DNA of 64,000 nucleotides from Ranitomeya imitator (GCF_032444005.1 NC_091282.1:474672001-474736000), one strand, 5' to 3'; shown: positions 47,891 through 61,280, counted from the stretch's first letter. Numbers and translations: made by a program. The notes: generated from the letters alone by a model not told the origin.

Positions 47891-50800
47891 TCAATAGTCA
47901 CTATTTTCATCATCAGACACTGCTTCCTCACTCATATTGTCACAATGCCCTTTTTGACATGGTCCGCATACCCGTGAACAGATAAGTCTGTGTCGTTTGC
48001 AAGTGCACCCAAGTGTACTACAACCACGAGAACAATTGCAGTGAATTATTTTCAGAAGTGTTTCTGGCTCGGGTGAAGTAACCATCATCACTGGAACTAG
48101 ACTGTTGTTCTGCAATTCCCATCCCCATTCAGTAGTGTCCATGGCCTCACCATTGTCCATCCAAAGCATCACTTGGAGGTAACTCCGAAGGGTATGATAC
48201 TTCGTTGCAGAAGAGGTCGGTGGCAGTTGTTCAGGTGTAACAAAGATTTTGGCTGAACCAACTTTTTTTGCAGAGAGTAGAATACCTCATTGCAGACAGA
48301 TTACCTCTAGGTTTGCCCCCGAACAATGCCACCGTCGCTTTACACCCAGCGACTTCAATCTCAGCTCTGTTTTTGCTAGGTGTGGAAAAGATTTTAGCAC
48401 AGCTATTTAAGACCGAGTCTCCCTTCAAAACCTTGTGTAGCCCGAGTTTTTTTCCAATTCCAAAAACCCGGGAAGTGGTATCACAACCTATGAATGCATA
48501 AAGGAACAGAAGACTGCTGCAGACACGGTTTCCCAGGAACTTCTTCATAACCTCAATGTCGTATACTGTTGCAGGACTCCCTTTATCCGAGTAGAAATAA
48601 AGCTTTTTGCCATCGCTGGTTGACGCGTGATGAAGTAACAACACCAAAAGATCTGTATCTTCGCCAATGAGACTAGTACTTTTGTTGGATGAAATTGACA
48701 CTGCTGCCTTAAGAATCTCCACATCTGCATCCCCCTCTGATTGTATTACGTGGCAACCTCTGTCATTCATGGGCTGTGAAACGAGATTGATAAGAGACTG
48801 TTTGTTCTCCACATTCAAAAGGAAGTCCTCCTTTTTCCCGACAAATTTCGTTCCTTCAGCAATGTTCACTTTGTTACTTGTTCATTTTTTGCGCCGACAT
48901 TGATGGGTAATGTCCTTAGTGTTTGGTCCTCCAACGTAACTATCAAATACTATCGTAGCCTTACCATAGTGCTTTAGTGTGAAAGATGCATAGTCTTCAG
49001 CGATTGAACAATATGTCTTTAATTCTGACCACTTCAGTCGATGGAGAAGAGAACCTCTGTCAAGAACATAATGTTCCACTTCTGGTACATCCTTGAGTAC
49101 TGCATCATCTGAACTCTGTTCTTTTATAGCAGCCATCAGTTGTCCTTTGTTTGGTTTGCGTAAGAGATGTTTTGCCTCAAAGAGGGATGGTTGGTATGGT
49201 GAAAGTTCATAGGCCATCACCTCAAGGGAAAGATCAGCAGTTTGAGACACCACAATAAACCTTTGAACAAAAGAGCGGGGTCTATTTTTTTGTCCTTAGC
49301 AACGTCAATAGCCTCAGTGGATGCCAGGGTCTTGGCTTTCATTGACCGCTTGTACTTAACTGAAAACAGTGATTGAACCTCCATTGTTGCCACTATTTCT
49401 CTGCCAATGGTGAACAGGTTATGGACATTCACATCCTTACTTGCATTGACACTGGTGATAATGTTGCGAAGAGACACTTCATCAGAGAAAGGTGAAAAGG
49501 TATTGAGTTTATCTGCAATTTTCCCCAGGTCTTCACGATCTCTTCTCGTCCTTGACGTTCTTGCCTCCTTGTGTTGTTCACTGGTGACAAAGCTCTGGCG
49601 AGTGAAACCCTGCATTGCATCACTGTAGGAAGAGGACACTGGCACAGACAGGGTCCACAAGGCCCTCTGATGTTCGGACATTCCACTTCTTCTGGTGAGT
49701 CCTCCTGCAGTTTTTAGGGAGCGTATCAGAGCTTGCTCGATGACTAGGTCGCAACCCAGGCCTGACCAGAACTGATCAGTCCGCCATACAACTTGCAAGC
49801 CATTCATAAATCTATGGAAGACTGATGGCATATCATCTTCCAGAGTGGTCATAGACTGGAGGTAAAGGTTGGCGGCCTTCACATAGTTCCCATGTCCAGC
49901 AGCTGCAAGAATGGGCAAACATTCGGCTACAGCATGAAGGTGCATCAGCCAGGATCTTGTACGATCGGCCTCGATAGGCTCCCTTGCAACTCCAACCATC
50001 TGTTGGTAATTCAGCCATAGTTTACTGGTGCGAGAGTGAGCGGATAATCCGTTTATTTTGTTGGACAAGAGGTGGACAATTTCACTAAGGCAGGTAGAAG
50101 TGATGACCGAATTCAAGTCACTCTCCCCTGTCAGTGTCCGAGCATACAACTGCTCAAGTTCTTGCAACAGGTCTGCAAAAGCGGGATGGTCGCAAAGTAC
50201 TTTGCCTGTAACTTGCTGAGTAAGACACTGATCAAGGAGGAGATGGCCACGAACTGCACGCTGAACTGCCTTTCCAGTCACGATGGGTTGCACAGCATTG
50301 TCACCGTAAATTGTTCCCAAGATCTCTTTGATTCCACTCCCATCCATCAACATTCCTATGGCACCCATAAGCTTCATCAATGTGTGGAAGCTCCCGAGCA
50401 TCAGGACAACATCTCGAACCGGGCTGTCTTCAGGCACCTCATGTTTGATTTCTGACGCTTTCCAGTAGAGTGGCTGATCGAATGTAACAACTGCAGTGGA
50501 TCGGTGTTTATCAGCAAGGTTGCACAGATACTCAAGAGTAGAGAAGATGCATGACTTGTCTCCGGAATACATGTCAATGATGGGCAGGAAGATTACCGAA
50601 GACGACCCCGGATGATCACAGTCTTTATGTAGCATGTGCATCATTCCATTCCAGCTCGGTGCAGGCTGTTTGAAGCATAAAGGCATCTCCCACAATACAT
50701 CAACACGATGGTCAATGGCGTTGAGAAATGGTAAGGGCTTGAATTTTATGTTTCGCGAGTGTGTTTTGCGAAACAGTATTCCCTTACATCAACTCTGCTT

Positions 50801-52257
50801 TGTTCAACTATCTCCAAGTCCGCAGTCTTCCGTCTGAGAACAGTGCGACCTTCCTTCCTGGAGTCACAGTAGCTACCATCCCCATGCCGTGGAAAATCCA
50901 CTTCCCATCTAACGTGATGATATTATGATCGACGTTGTCCGCAGCGAACAGCAGTGCCGTATCCAGTCTGTCTATGGTACCACCGAGTACATCCTGGCCA
51001 AGAGAAGCGGCAGCGTTTTCCTCGAATCGCTGAACTTCCGAATATGATGAGCAATATCCCATGGCTGAGAGACTGTCTACAAGAAATCGAGACCTGAAAT
51101 GATGATGGAGCTGGACTGCTAACCCAAGCTGCAATGGAGCTACTACAGCCCTGGGACATACAACCTGGACAACTGATTGTCCAATGCTTGCGACCTTCCT
51201 GTGAATGTCCTTTCCAACGAAGAGAGTTTCAAGCAAGCAAAGCAAACTCAGGGGGAGATAATCTAAGGCAGACTGACATTCAAGTGAGTGAAGAAGTCTT
51301 TCGATATTCATCGGCTGAAGATGGGATCTTAGACTTGATATCGTGTTTGATTAGTTTGGCCGCAGTCTCTATGATGGCTCTCTTCTGGGATTCTTCATCC
51401 GTTTCCTGACTATGGAAATAGTCCCTCAGGATTATTCTGGTCTTTTCACGGAACATTACAATGTTAGGCAACCCTTCACACTCTGCTATGAATAGCGAAT
51501 TGCCACACCTCTCCTCCAGCCTATACCTCAGCCATTTATTACTATAGGCAGCACTGTCTCCTTCTACAAGATACTCCATCATTTTCTTTGCAAGATCTGT
51601 GACAGTCAGTTGCACTTCATCCTTGTCCTCGAGAAATGCACACATTCTCAAGAACGCTTGCTCTTGGTCCATGTTCATCGGCCTCCCTACCTTCCACAGT
51701 TTCTTTGTAGTAGATCCACCACCATGACGCATAGGAATTCCGTAATTTGTACGAAAGTTAATATCACATGAACGATGATACAGACAGTCTGCAGCATGTA
51801 AGTCCTTCCCAAAGTACATGATTCTCCCTTGAATGGTGCTTGCCCAGTCATAATTACGCTGTTTGCAATGTGACATGATGGACCTTACAAATCCATCTGC
51901 TTTAACAAAGCTATAGTCATTGAAATCACTACTAGATCTTGTCTTCATCACTTCATGTCCACAGAACAAACACTGTGTCGTGCTATCATAGGATCCAGTA
52001 GACACCCGTGTACCTCTCTTGGCAGGTGAATGATGAACGGAAGTAGCTTTCTTATGCAAGTCTATTTACTTTTTGTTTATGTAGTTCATATGACATCTCT
52101 TGTGCACCACTGCTCCAGCAGCTACCATAGTGCTAACGCCCCTCTCAATACTGGCTTTATGGATCCCTTCTGCTCCTTTCGCACCAATCACCACTCTTTC
52201 TCCGTCATCTTCTACTTCATGGCTGCATAAGGGACAAGTTTCTTGACTTTCCATCAT
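47891..52257 (-). pseudogene. Academ transposase with XPG/PIN-like nuclease and C-terminal Cys-rich (CXC) domain, multiply disrupted
   Basis: ADNVDH, VVTFDQPLYWKA, LGSFHTLM, YVLDRGSLLH, IVFDSY, EGDADVEI..GEDTDLLVLL, CNCSRGCSTLGCTCKRHRLICSRVCGPC; acceptor ttcttttacag just upstream of the ATG. Confidence 0.85.
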
Positions 52258-52546
52258 TCTCAGCTCTGTAAAAGAAGATAAATAAATCGTTAAATAATAA
52301 ATAATAGTAATAATTGTAAAAGAAATATGATAGACACTGAAAGGCGAGTCGCATTTAACATTTTACAGCTTTGGCGGCCATATTCTTTGACGTCACATTT
52401 GGACCCTTTGTGGTAACCCTATCTTGGTAAACTTTTAGTATGTTTATCCCTACATGTAATACTACAAAAAAAAAAAACAATAAAACACTTTCTTGGAATT
52501 TGTTCAGGGTAAAGTATTTTTTTTGTGTATTTTGACTGGACTAGGT

Positions 52547-53340
52547 GAGCAAACAGCAACTCAAAGATCTTTTTAAGAGCAACAGAACTTGGTAACATAA
52601 GATGACCTTAGAGCAATATTTACAGCGTAAATTAATCCCTCGTGGCTTATGGGCCCAGGTGTTACCGTCTTTTCCTGTAGATGATATGGGTGTTATGCAG
52701 AAATGGAATGAAGCAAGTCATTTATGGCCACTAACATTTTTGGAACTTCTTATTGGTATTGGGCATGAAAATTTGGAAATGATTGAAGGTCATATACTAC
52801 CATTACAGGAAAGACAAAAGGAAAAGATTTTTCCCAATGAATAAATTATTTTGAACAATAATTATTTCAATTATTTTGTAAATGGGAGGAGTAGAATGGG
52901 CAAATTTCATCGGGATCTACAAGATTACCAACTTGACAGAGTATATAAATGGAAAATGCCACTCAACCGCTCACGATCTGGATCCATTAGTTCCTCCACA
53001 AGTATAACATCTCAAACCTCTACTAGCGAGACCCCGAAAAAGGGAGCCTTACAAAAATACAGGAGAGTATTAGAACTGTTAAGAGGCTCACAAACGTAAA
53101 AATACAAGGCATCATCATTTGGAACAGGCCGATGACCTCAAAGTAATCACCATGTCTGATATCACTCCTTCTCTGGTGAAAATCTCAGCTATGACCTTGG
53201 GTCTCACTCTCTGTCCCACATCTAATTTTGATACCTTTATAGTCATCAAAGATACCTTTTTTTTTGCTAGGAAGCATCATCTTCAAATATTACATGAGAA
53301 AGTCTTTAATTCCTTACTTGATTACGGGGAACATTGAGTC
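52547..53340 (+). pseudogene. Continuation of the older PLE ORF
   Basis: MTLEQYLQRKLIPRGL, SRSGSISSSTS and LGLTLCPTSNFD match the N-terminal region of the younger PLE. Confidence 0.75.
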
Positions 53341-54825
53341 CCTGTACACATGCATTGATCACCAATTAGGCATGAAAGCGGCACCTTTTTTCTGCTCAAT
53401 AAATGCTGCCACATGACAGATGATCTGTACAGCTGACATGTGCCCGCAAATAGGGGGAGTCCGGCTTCGGCATACTATTATTCCCTATGTCGGAAAGGGG
53501 TTAAGTATTAGTCTCTCACAGTTTAAGTGGATCTGTGTTGCACTGTTTTGCACATGACATATCCTATTGTGGTATTTGATATGCTTTAAGGCACATATAT
53601 TTGTTTAATTTAAACATATGTTATGGCACATAACTAGGGGTCTGTGCAATATAGTCTAGCAGTTAACATATGTCTGGACTTTGCACTTTTTTCTGTGGGC
53701 TACTATTAATATCAGTTTTTTTAGTTATACTATAAATTTATTTACGTACGTCTGTGTTTTTAGTGTGCTGTTGAATGGCTACATCCTGTCTCCATGTATA
53801 TAGTGTCCAGTAGTTTTTTCCTTATTTTTTGCAATATTGTACATTACATGTATTTAATAAAGAATTATTTTTTTAAGGATTATACTCCTTGGTGGTTCAT
53901 TCCCCTTCTCTTGTCTGTGTTATATTGCCATTTGAGTTTTCGTCCTTCCTAATGATTTGGGACCTTCTGTGATAATATTACCACTGTACAAGTTATGATA
54001 ATATGCAAGATGTCATAATTGCAGTGCATTGTGAGGAGGCCCGCTAGGCAACGCAAAATTATATTAGCCTGCTCTCTGATGCTTCGGCAGAGTGGGAACT
54101 AAGAGATTTTTTTTTATTTTTGGAACTCCAAATTGAATTTAAAAATTTTCAAATTTGCAAAACATTTTGAATTTCAGGAAATTCGGCTCAAACTCGTTAA
54201 TCCACAGATCAATCCACTCATCTATAATCAATACAATTTTTTTTTATAACTTCATGAAGAAAATTGTGTTTTGCATAATAGGGTAATATAATGGTTAAAA
54301 GGCAACTGTACTTTCAACAAACTGCATAAATCAATAATATCAGATATTGTTATTGTCATATTGTTATTTTTTCCTCCCCCTCCCTCCTGAACTTATTACC
54401 CACTTTTACAAACCGCTCAACTTTATCATATACAGATAAGACAGACTGCCTGCTCCCTGTCTTGTAAGGTTACACCTCCCATTATATTCTGTGGAGGTTT
54501 GAAGAGCTGAAGGAGACACAGAAATATTGTGCTGAGTTTTCTAATACGTCTTTTACCTTACATCAGAGCTTGATTCACATCCACACAGCTCAGTACTCCT
54601 GTATTATGTGCTCCATACAGCTGTTACTTCTCTTTGCATGCTCATAATGGAATTAAGAGCAGCAACCCCTCTAAGAGCAGGTACTAACCTTCCACCAGCT
54701 CATAGCCAATTACAAATGATAAAAAAGGAACAAAAAGCAGCACCACAAATAGTGGGGTTGCAAAGCCTCCCAGGTACGTACCAAACCTTGTAAATATAAC
54801 CAAAAATATGGAGGTGGCACAAGAC

Positions 54826-54859
54826 TTGAGAAAGGTCCACATCTCTGAACCGAAACGTC
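54826..54859 (+). ncRNA. Decayed hammerhead-like motif
   Basis: TTGAGAAA-GGT..ACC-GAAACGTC; stem I not intact. Confidence 0.4.
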
Positions 54860-55149
54860 ACCATATGGGCAATTAAATCGCACATGATTTTCAAATATTT
54901 GGTGGGCTGCCTCCATTTTTTTGGAAATAATTACAAATTAAGAGGTAGAAAATGGTCAAGGATACAAGGATATTGTTATTCATCTTGCATACATTCAGGA
55001 CAGTTTATTCTAAAAAAAATATTGAAAGTACAATTACCCTTTAAATACATGACAAAAGGAAATCTGCGCAAACATCAATCGAAAATTGAACTAGATATTA
55101 GGATTTGCATTTTTAGATACCGCTAAATATAGTACATGGAACAAATAGC

Positions 55150-55772
55150 CACTTTGAATTCTACGGTTTTATGTACCAAGAGATAATGAAAAAAAAACAT
55201 CTGGTTCTTAGAAGGTCTTAAAATTAGGTAATAACAACATCAGAAGAACAACAACACATGACACACATTATGCCATGTCACTATTTGTTTAAGAAAACTA
55301 AGCCACATTGCAGAAGCACTATGTAAAAAATTAGGCACAAACTTATTGCTGAAAAGGGAAGGTAGGAGCCAGGTGATGCCAATCAACTGACCTTGATTAA
55401 TTGTTCATCAGCAAGCGTGACCACTTCAGTTTGTTGACCTGGAGCATTCAGGCATTCACAATGCCTAGGAGGAAAGACATGAGCAATGATCTTAAAGAAG
55501 TAATTGTTGCTCCCCTTCAATCTCAGAAGAGTTATAAGGTCATTTCCAAACAATTTGTATTCCATCATTGTACAATGAGAACATTTATTCACAAATGTAA
55601 GACATTCAAGACAGTTGTCAATTTTCCCAGGAGTAGACAAGGCAGCAAATTCACCCAAAGGTCAGACCATGCAATGCTCAGGGAAATTGAAAAAAAAAAA
55701 AAAAAGAGCTACAGCACAGACTCTAATGACCTCCATTAGCATGGTAAATGTTCAAGTTCGTGACAGCACAAT
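55150..55772 (+). mobile_element. Tc1-like 5' fragment
   Basis: MPRRKDMSNDLKEVIV..SYKVISKQF..PRSRQGSKFTQRSD HTH region; 3' truncated. Confidence 0.8.
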
Positions 55773-56612
55773 CAGGGCCAGTTTTAGACAAGGTTGGGCC
55801 CTGGCCAAAATTAAATTCAGGCCTCCAAATGCTAAGACATTGCACCACCATACAGCAGCCTTGTGAAAGCTATATATCACTGGGTGACGGACAGGGGAGG
55901 CCCCACGTTTTCGTGGGCCCTGGGCAAAAGAGTCTCATTGGGCCCAGGATGCACAGATCATAAATATAGGTATTGTACAATGCCAAATATTTCACTTCTT
56001 ACATTACGTGAGTGATATCTATTGTAAATTCTACAATAGCTCAGAAATCAGTGAATCCTTTCAGCTCACAGTATGTGCGCTGGGGGGATTCAAAAGTTCA
56101 GTTTTTCATTTTAGACTGGACAGTATAGTCCTCAATACAGTATTATGGGCACCATATGGACCCCCATACAGTATTATGAACATCACATACGCCTCCATAC
56201 TGTATTATGGACACCACATAGTCCTCCATACAGTATTATGGACACCACATAGTCTTTAGTGTCCCATACAGTATTATGATCGCTACATAGTCCTCCATAC
56301 AGTATTTTGGGCACCACATAGTACTCCATAGAGTATTATGGACACCATATATTGCTCCATACACTATTTTGGGCTCCATATATTGCTCCATACACTGTTT
56401 TGGACCCTATATATTGCTCCATACAATAAAACGGGCTCCATATAATGTTCCAAACATTATATTGGCCCCATAAACTGCTCCATATAGAATAATGGGCCCC
56501 ATATATTGCTATATACAGTATAATGGGCCCCATATATTGATACATACAGTATAATGGGCCCCATATAATACTCTATACAGAATAATGACCCCCTTAAAAT
56601 GGCCCATACAAT
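55773..56612. mobile_element. hAT-like non-autonomous element with a cagtattatgg minisatellite, interrupted by Gypsy E
   Basis: Starts CAGGGCC; ~20-30 bp variant repeats at 56120-56610. Confidence 0.5.
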
Positions 56613-59505
56613 TGTTATAGGTTGAGTTCCCGCCTCTGCACAGGGGGAATCTTGGTCCATCTCCCCTGTGGTCTCCCATTCTTTTCCTGCTGCAGTGGAG
56701 GCTGCTCAGCGGAGACGTCGGTCCCTAGGTCTTGCTCAGTCTGACTCTGTGCAAAGGGTTGCTGCTGCCTTTCCAGCTTCTACCATTGTAGCCAGTACTG
56801 GGCAGCAGCGAGCAGATGTGTTTGGGACTAAGTCCTGCTTTTTCCCTTCTGAGCATGCCCAGGGCAAGATCTATCATTGGAGATCAAGGGTCACATGCTT
56901 AGATACTGCAGCAAATCCCATTGGTCCCCTAGGAAGGTCCTGAAAGTGCTCAACTTCTGTGTCACCCTACCATTGGTTCTTCTGGGAAGGTCCGGTACTT
57001 GCTGCAGCTATAAAAGGTTTGCATGGCCGCACGGCCATGCGCTAGTGTACATTTGAAAACGTGTGTGTGTTGATGAGTGCAAGTTGTTCTTTAAACATCC
57101 CTTCCCTTTTGTATGACTGTTCGCAAAAGGTAGATGTATGCTATCTAGTGCTGCTGAACTATCAGCACTAAGCATATGTTATAGCGATTCAGCACTAAGC
57201 ATACGTTACAGCATCTATTGTTATTAAAGCGCTTTCCAAACCAAGTCTGGGTGGTTAGTGCAATCCGCCAGTGCAGCACTGCTCGCACTCTTGTGCTTCA
57301 AATTACTTTTGTTTATTTTGACACCCAGTTGCGGTGTCGAGCGCAAGTGGTCTAGATGAACCCGAGTCTTGGATTTGAGTTCTGTAACTTCTTGCTTGCA
57401 CTCTTGGTGCGGTACTACGGCTCTGTGACGTAACAGAGTTAGTTTCCACCGCCATATAGTGCCACCATTTGCCAGGAGAGTGTTCTCTCCTGCACGGTGG
57501 ACCCCGGACTGCGAACGCACCTTTATCATCTCATTACTTACTCAGTTCGTTCCGCCAGTCCTAACAGAACACTAGCGCCAGGGTCTGGCTATTAAATGGT
57601 GGACGATCAGCGTCTACAGCGGTAGATCCAGCAGCTGGAGGGTAGGTTGGCGGCTCTTGAATGCACGACCTCAGCTGTGGATGGTACCGCAGTCACTGTT
57701 CAGGCTCCGACTTTATCCCGTCTCCCGCTTCCAGACAAGTTTGCTGGTGACAGTAAGCTATGTCGGGGATTCGTGAGTCAGTGCTCCATACATCTAGAGC
57801 TTCTGCCTGCACGTTTTCCTATGGAACGGGTGAAAGTGGGTTTGGTTTTATCCCTTTTGTCGGGCAGGGCTTTGGAGTGGGCAACGCCGCTGTGGGAGCG
57901 TGATGATCGTGTGGTGCAGAGTGCTCCTCTCTTCCTGGACGCTCTGAAACAGGTCTTTTTAGGACTTCGTGTCACCCACAATACTGCGCTTCAATTGTTG
58001 GCAATCACACAGGGTGGGTCCATGGTCAGCCAGTTCGTCGTCCAGTTCTGGACTCTGGTCTCTGAGCTGGAGTAGCCGGATAAAGTCCTTATTCCGGTGT
58101 TCTGGAAAGGACTGGCAGACCATGTGAAGGATGCCTTGGCCACCAGGGAGATTCCTGCCCCATTGGACGAGCTCATTTCAATATCTACCCGCATCGACCT
58201 CCATTTTAACGAGTGGAGGTTAGAGCAGACCCAGTGTAGGCAGAGGTTTCGGCTGGCTCCCACCTTCCCCAGACCTCTAGAATCTTCCGTTCAGGCATCC
58301 GACTCCCATGAGACCATGGAGGTTTCTCGAGTGGGACCAAAGTCTCGGATCGCTCGAGTACCCGTAGTTTGTAAAAATTGCATACAGCTGGGTCATTATA
58401 CCAACAAATGTCCACAGCGGTCGGGAAAACGATCGCGTCTAGTAACCATTGGAGGAGGTTCACTAGACACAGCGGCATTTTCCTCAAAGCTGTCCTTTAA
58501 AGGGACAATTACGTTAGGCTCATCCATTCTAACAGTCAAGGTTTGTGTGGACTCTGGAGCAGAGGGGAATTTCATGTCCTCTGCTTTTGCTCTGCACCAT
58601 GCAATACCTCTTGTGATGCTCGCCAAAGCGGTAACTGTTAGAGTAGTGAATGGGTCGACACTTCCCTCACAAATTACACACCAGCCTGTCCCATTCACAT
58701 TGTCCATGTCCCCTTTCCACCAGGAGGTTATTTTCCTTCTTGTTCTTCTCGAGGGAATGGATGAGATTCTGCTGGGAATACTCTGACTCCGTTTTCACTC
58801 CCCATATATTGAGTGGACCTCTGGGAGGATATTGGGTTGGAGTGAATCATGTAAGGGCAGATATGTGAGGGAGTGCGTTCAGGTTTCCTCTACTAAGATA
58901 CCCGCAGATCTTTCTTCTCTTCCCAAGTGCTATTGGTCCTATGCATACGTCTTCTCCAAAAAGGCTGCGGAGACACTTCCGCCTTACAGCCCCTATGACT
59001 GTCCTATTGACCTCATACCTGGAGCAGAACCTCCTTGGGGACGAGTCTATCCTCTCTCTCTCCCGGAGACAGAGGCCATGTCCTAATACATCCAGGAGAA
59101 TTTGGCAAGAGGGTTCATAAGGAAGTCAGTGTCACCTGCAGGGGCGGGGTTCTTCCTCGTGCAGAAGAAGAACTGAGAATTATGTCCATGCATAGATTAC
59201 AGGGGTCTTGGTCTGAACGCCATCACCGTTAAAAATAAGTACCAGTTGCCTCTGATTTCTGAGCTCTTTGATAGGCTACGGGGAGCAAGGGTATTTACCA
59301 AATTAGATCTGCGGGGTGCTTATAACCTGATTCGCATCTATGAGGGGGACGAAAGGAAGATGGCTTTTAATACCAGAGATGGGCACTATGAGTATCTGGT
59401 GATGCCCTTCGGGCTCTGTAATGCCCCAGCCATCTTCGAAGACTTTGTTAACGATATCTTTCGGGATATGCTCTATACCTCGTTCGTAGTCTATCTTGGG
59501 CTTGG
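56613..59505 (+). mobile_element. Gypsy element E (Tf1/sushi-like), 3' truncated, decayed
   Basis: 5' LTR 56613-57566 (TG..ACA) with TATAAAA at 57009; gag PDKFAGD and CKNCIQLGHYTNKC; protease VDSGAEGNF; RT ends at VVYL. Confidence 0.9.
57569..57578 (+). promoter_or_regulatory. Putative self-priming PBS of element E
   Basis: ACACTAGCGC is the exact complement of GCGCTAGTGT at 57039-57048, 30 nt after the TATA start. Confidence 0.72.
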
Positions 59506-59519
59506 TTGATAGAAGGCAT

Positions 59520-60255
59520 TCTCCCCTTGTAAATCCTGTAGGTTTAAGACCGGCATTTAATCATGAAAGTTGAAAAGATGATATTCATTTTCTTGATGAG
59601 AACCAGGATCAACATTGACAGCCAGAGAGATGTCTATCCAAGATGGTGCACCACCACATTATGGGTGTCTGGTCCGAGCATTACTACATGAACAGTTTCC
59701 TGGAAAGTGGATTGGTCATCGTGAGCCAATTGAATGGCCACCAAGGTCTCCCGATCTGACCCCCTTAGACTTTTATCTTTGGGGTCATCTGAAGGCAATT
59801 GTCTATGCTGTGAAGATACGAGATGTGCAGCATCTGAAACAACGGATACTGGAAGCCTGTGCTAGCATTTCTTCTGCGGTGTTGCTATCAGTGTGTCAAG
59901 AGTGGGAGAAGAGGGTTGCATTGACAATCCAACATTATGGGCAGCACTCTGAAAACATTTTATAAGTTGTCACAAACTTGTAAATAACTCATGAAAGAAT
60001 AAAATGACATTAAAACCAAGTACACCATAGTTTTTCTTGTGAAATTCTCAATAAGTTTGATGTGTCACATGACCGTTTTCCCATTGAAAAAAATAAAGTT
60101 GGATCTAAAACGGCCGACTTCAATATGGCCACCATGGTCACCACCCATCTTGAAAACTTTTCCCCCTCCCATATTCTAATGTGCCACAAACAGGAAGTTG
60201 ATATCACAACCATTCCCATTCTATTTAGGTCTCGCAATATAAATGCCCCACCCTG
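59520..60255 (+). mobile_element. 3' half of a DD41D (Visitor/rosa) Tc1/mariner element
   Basis: QDGAPPH..WPPRSPDLTPLDFYLWG with 41 residues between the second and third Asp; right TIR ends ..gccccaccctg. Confidence 0.78.
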
Positions 60256-60334
60256 TGTTATGCAGAGATCTCCTTCTGCTCCCAGAACTGTGGCCCATGG
60301 GATAAGTACACAAATTCCTAAAAGAACAGGAACA

Positions 60335-61250
60335 TGCTATATGGCCAGAATTAGAGGCCATGTGTTAATTAGGTGAGGAACATAGCTGGGACCCCCTGCT
60401 GTTTTTTGTGCAAGGCGGCCAACATCAATCAGCTATCAATGGAAGGAGTAGACAGTTGGGCACTGACACCTAGAGATGAATTATGAGAGTACCATGCACC
60501 TCAGGGTTACATCCAATATACCACCAGAATCCTGGGAGCCTATCACACACACACACCTGGGTCTCATCATTCTCTAGCTGTCCCAGATACCAAGCTATCG
60601 AGACTGGCTCTCCAGAAACACTTAGCCATCCCAAGTTTGGACTCTCCATATCGGTCCAGCTCCAACGAACCTGTTGAGATGTTAGTTGATCCGTTTGGAC
60701 CTCCCACTAGAAAGTTATGACCCATTCTAGATAATGGGAATTATTTCAGCTAGAAGGTCAAGGGAGGAGATTTCCGTCCATCCCCGAAGGGTGGTGGCAA
60801 ATATGGGAGGGGACGCGCTAAGGGTTAAAGGCTAGCTACACATCTTTAGCCAGTGTCATTGTTCTGCCAAGAAGGCCGCATCACGTCACACGTGGAGATA
60901 GACCAGAAACTAAGAAAGTACATGTGGACTCGACCGCTTCCTTGGGCCCACATGTTATAAGGAATGGTAACGTGACATATACAGTTAACTACAATCCCAT
61001 ACCCGCACCCTACCTCCATCTGTACTTCTGGCTGTAATATCTGTACATTATTCTGTATATATTTGTATTATATTGTGTGCCTTTCGACAATTAAAATATC
61101 AATTAATTTTGTGCTGCTCTTTTATCTCGAATCCCAATTTCTTATTCCATGAATCCGGCTAGTACTTATACACTACCTGGGGTTGGTTTCTGACCCGATA
61201 TAAGCTTGATAACAGACTGGACTTATATCTAATGAGGAACTGGTGGCAGC
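60335..61250 (+). mobile_element. Possible LTR of an unidentified LTR element, cut by the assembly gap
   Basis: Candidate TG start, AATTAAA near 61090, ..ATAACA at 61214, then TGGTGGCAGC (10 nt of a tRNA-Leu-type PBS) at 61241. Confidence 0.3.
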
Positions 61251-61280
61251 CTACCTTTCTAGCGTTATTGGGGGGTCCTG

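Larger units (their letters stand above)
46120..52543 (-). mobile_element. Full-length Academ (AcademX-type) DNA transposon
   Basis: Imperfect ~170-200 bp TIRs beginning TAGTCCAGTYAAAATAC; 3-bp TSD GGT at 46117-19 and 52544-46; one long ORF region. Confidence 0.88.

Noticed and set aside
54600-54780. Possible exon ending at CCCAG|GTACGT
   Set aside because: The peptide is unrecognisable and the segment abuts a PLE-type terminal remnant.
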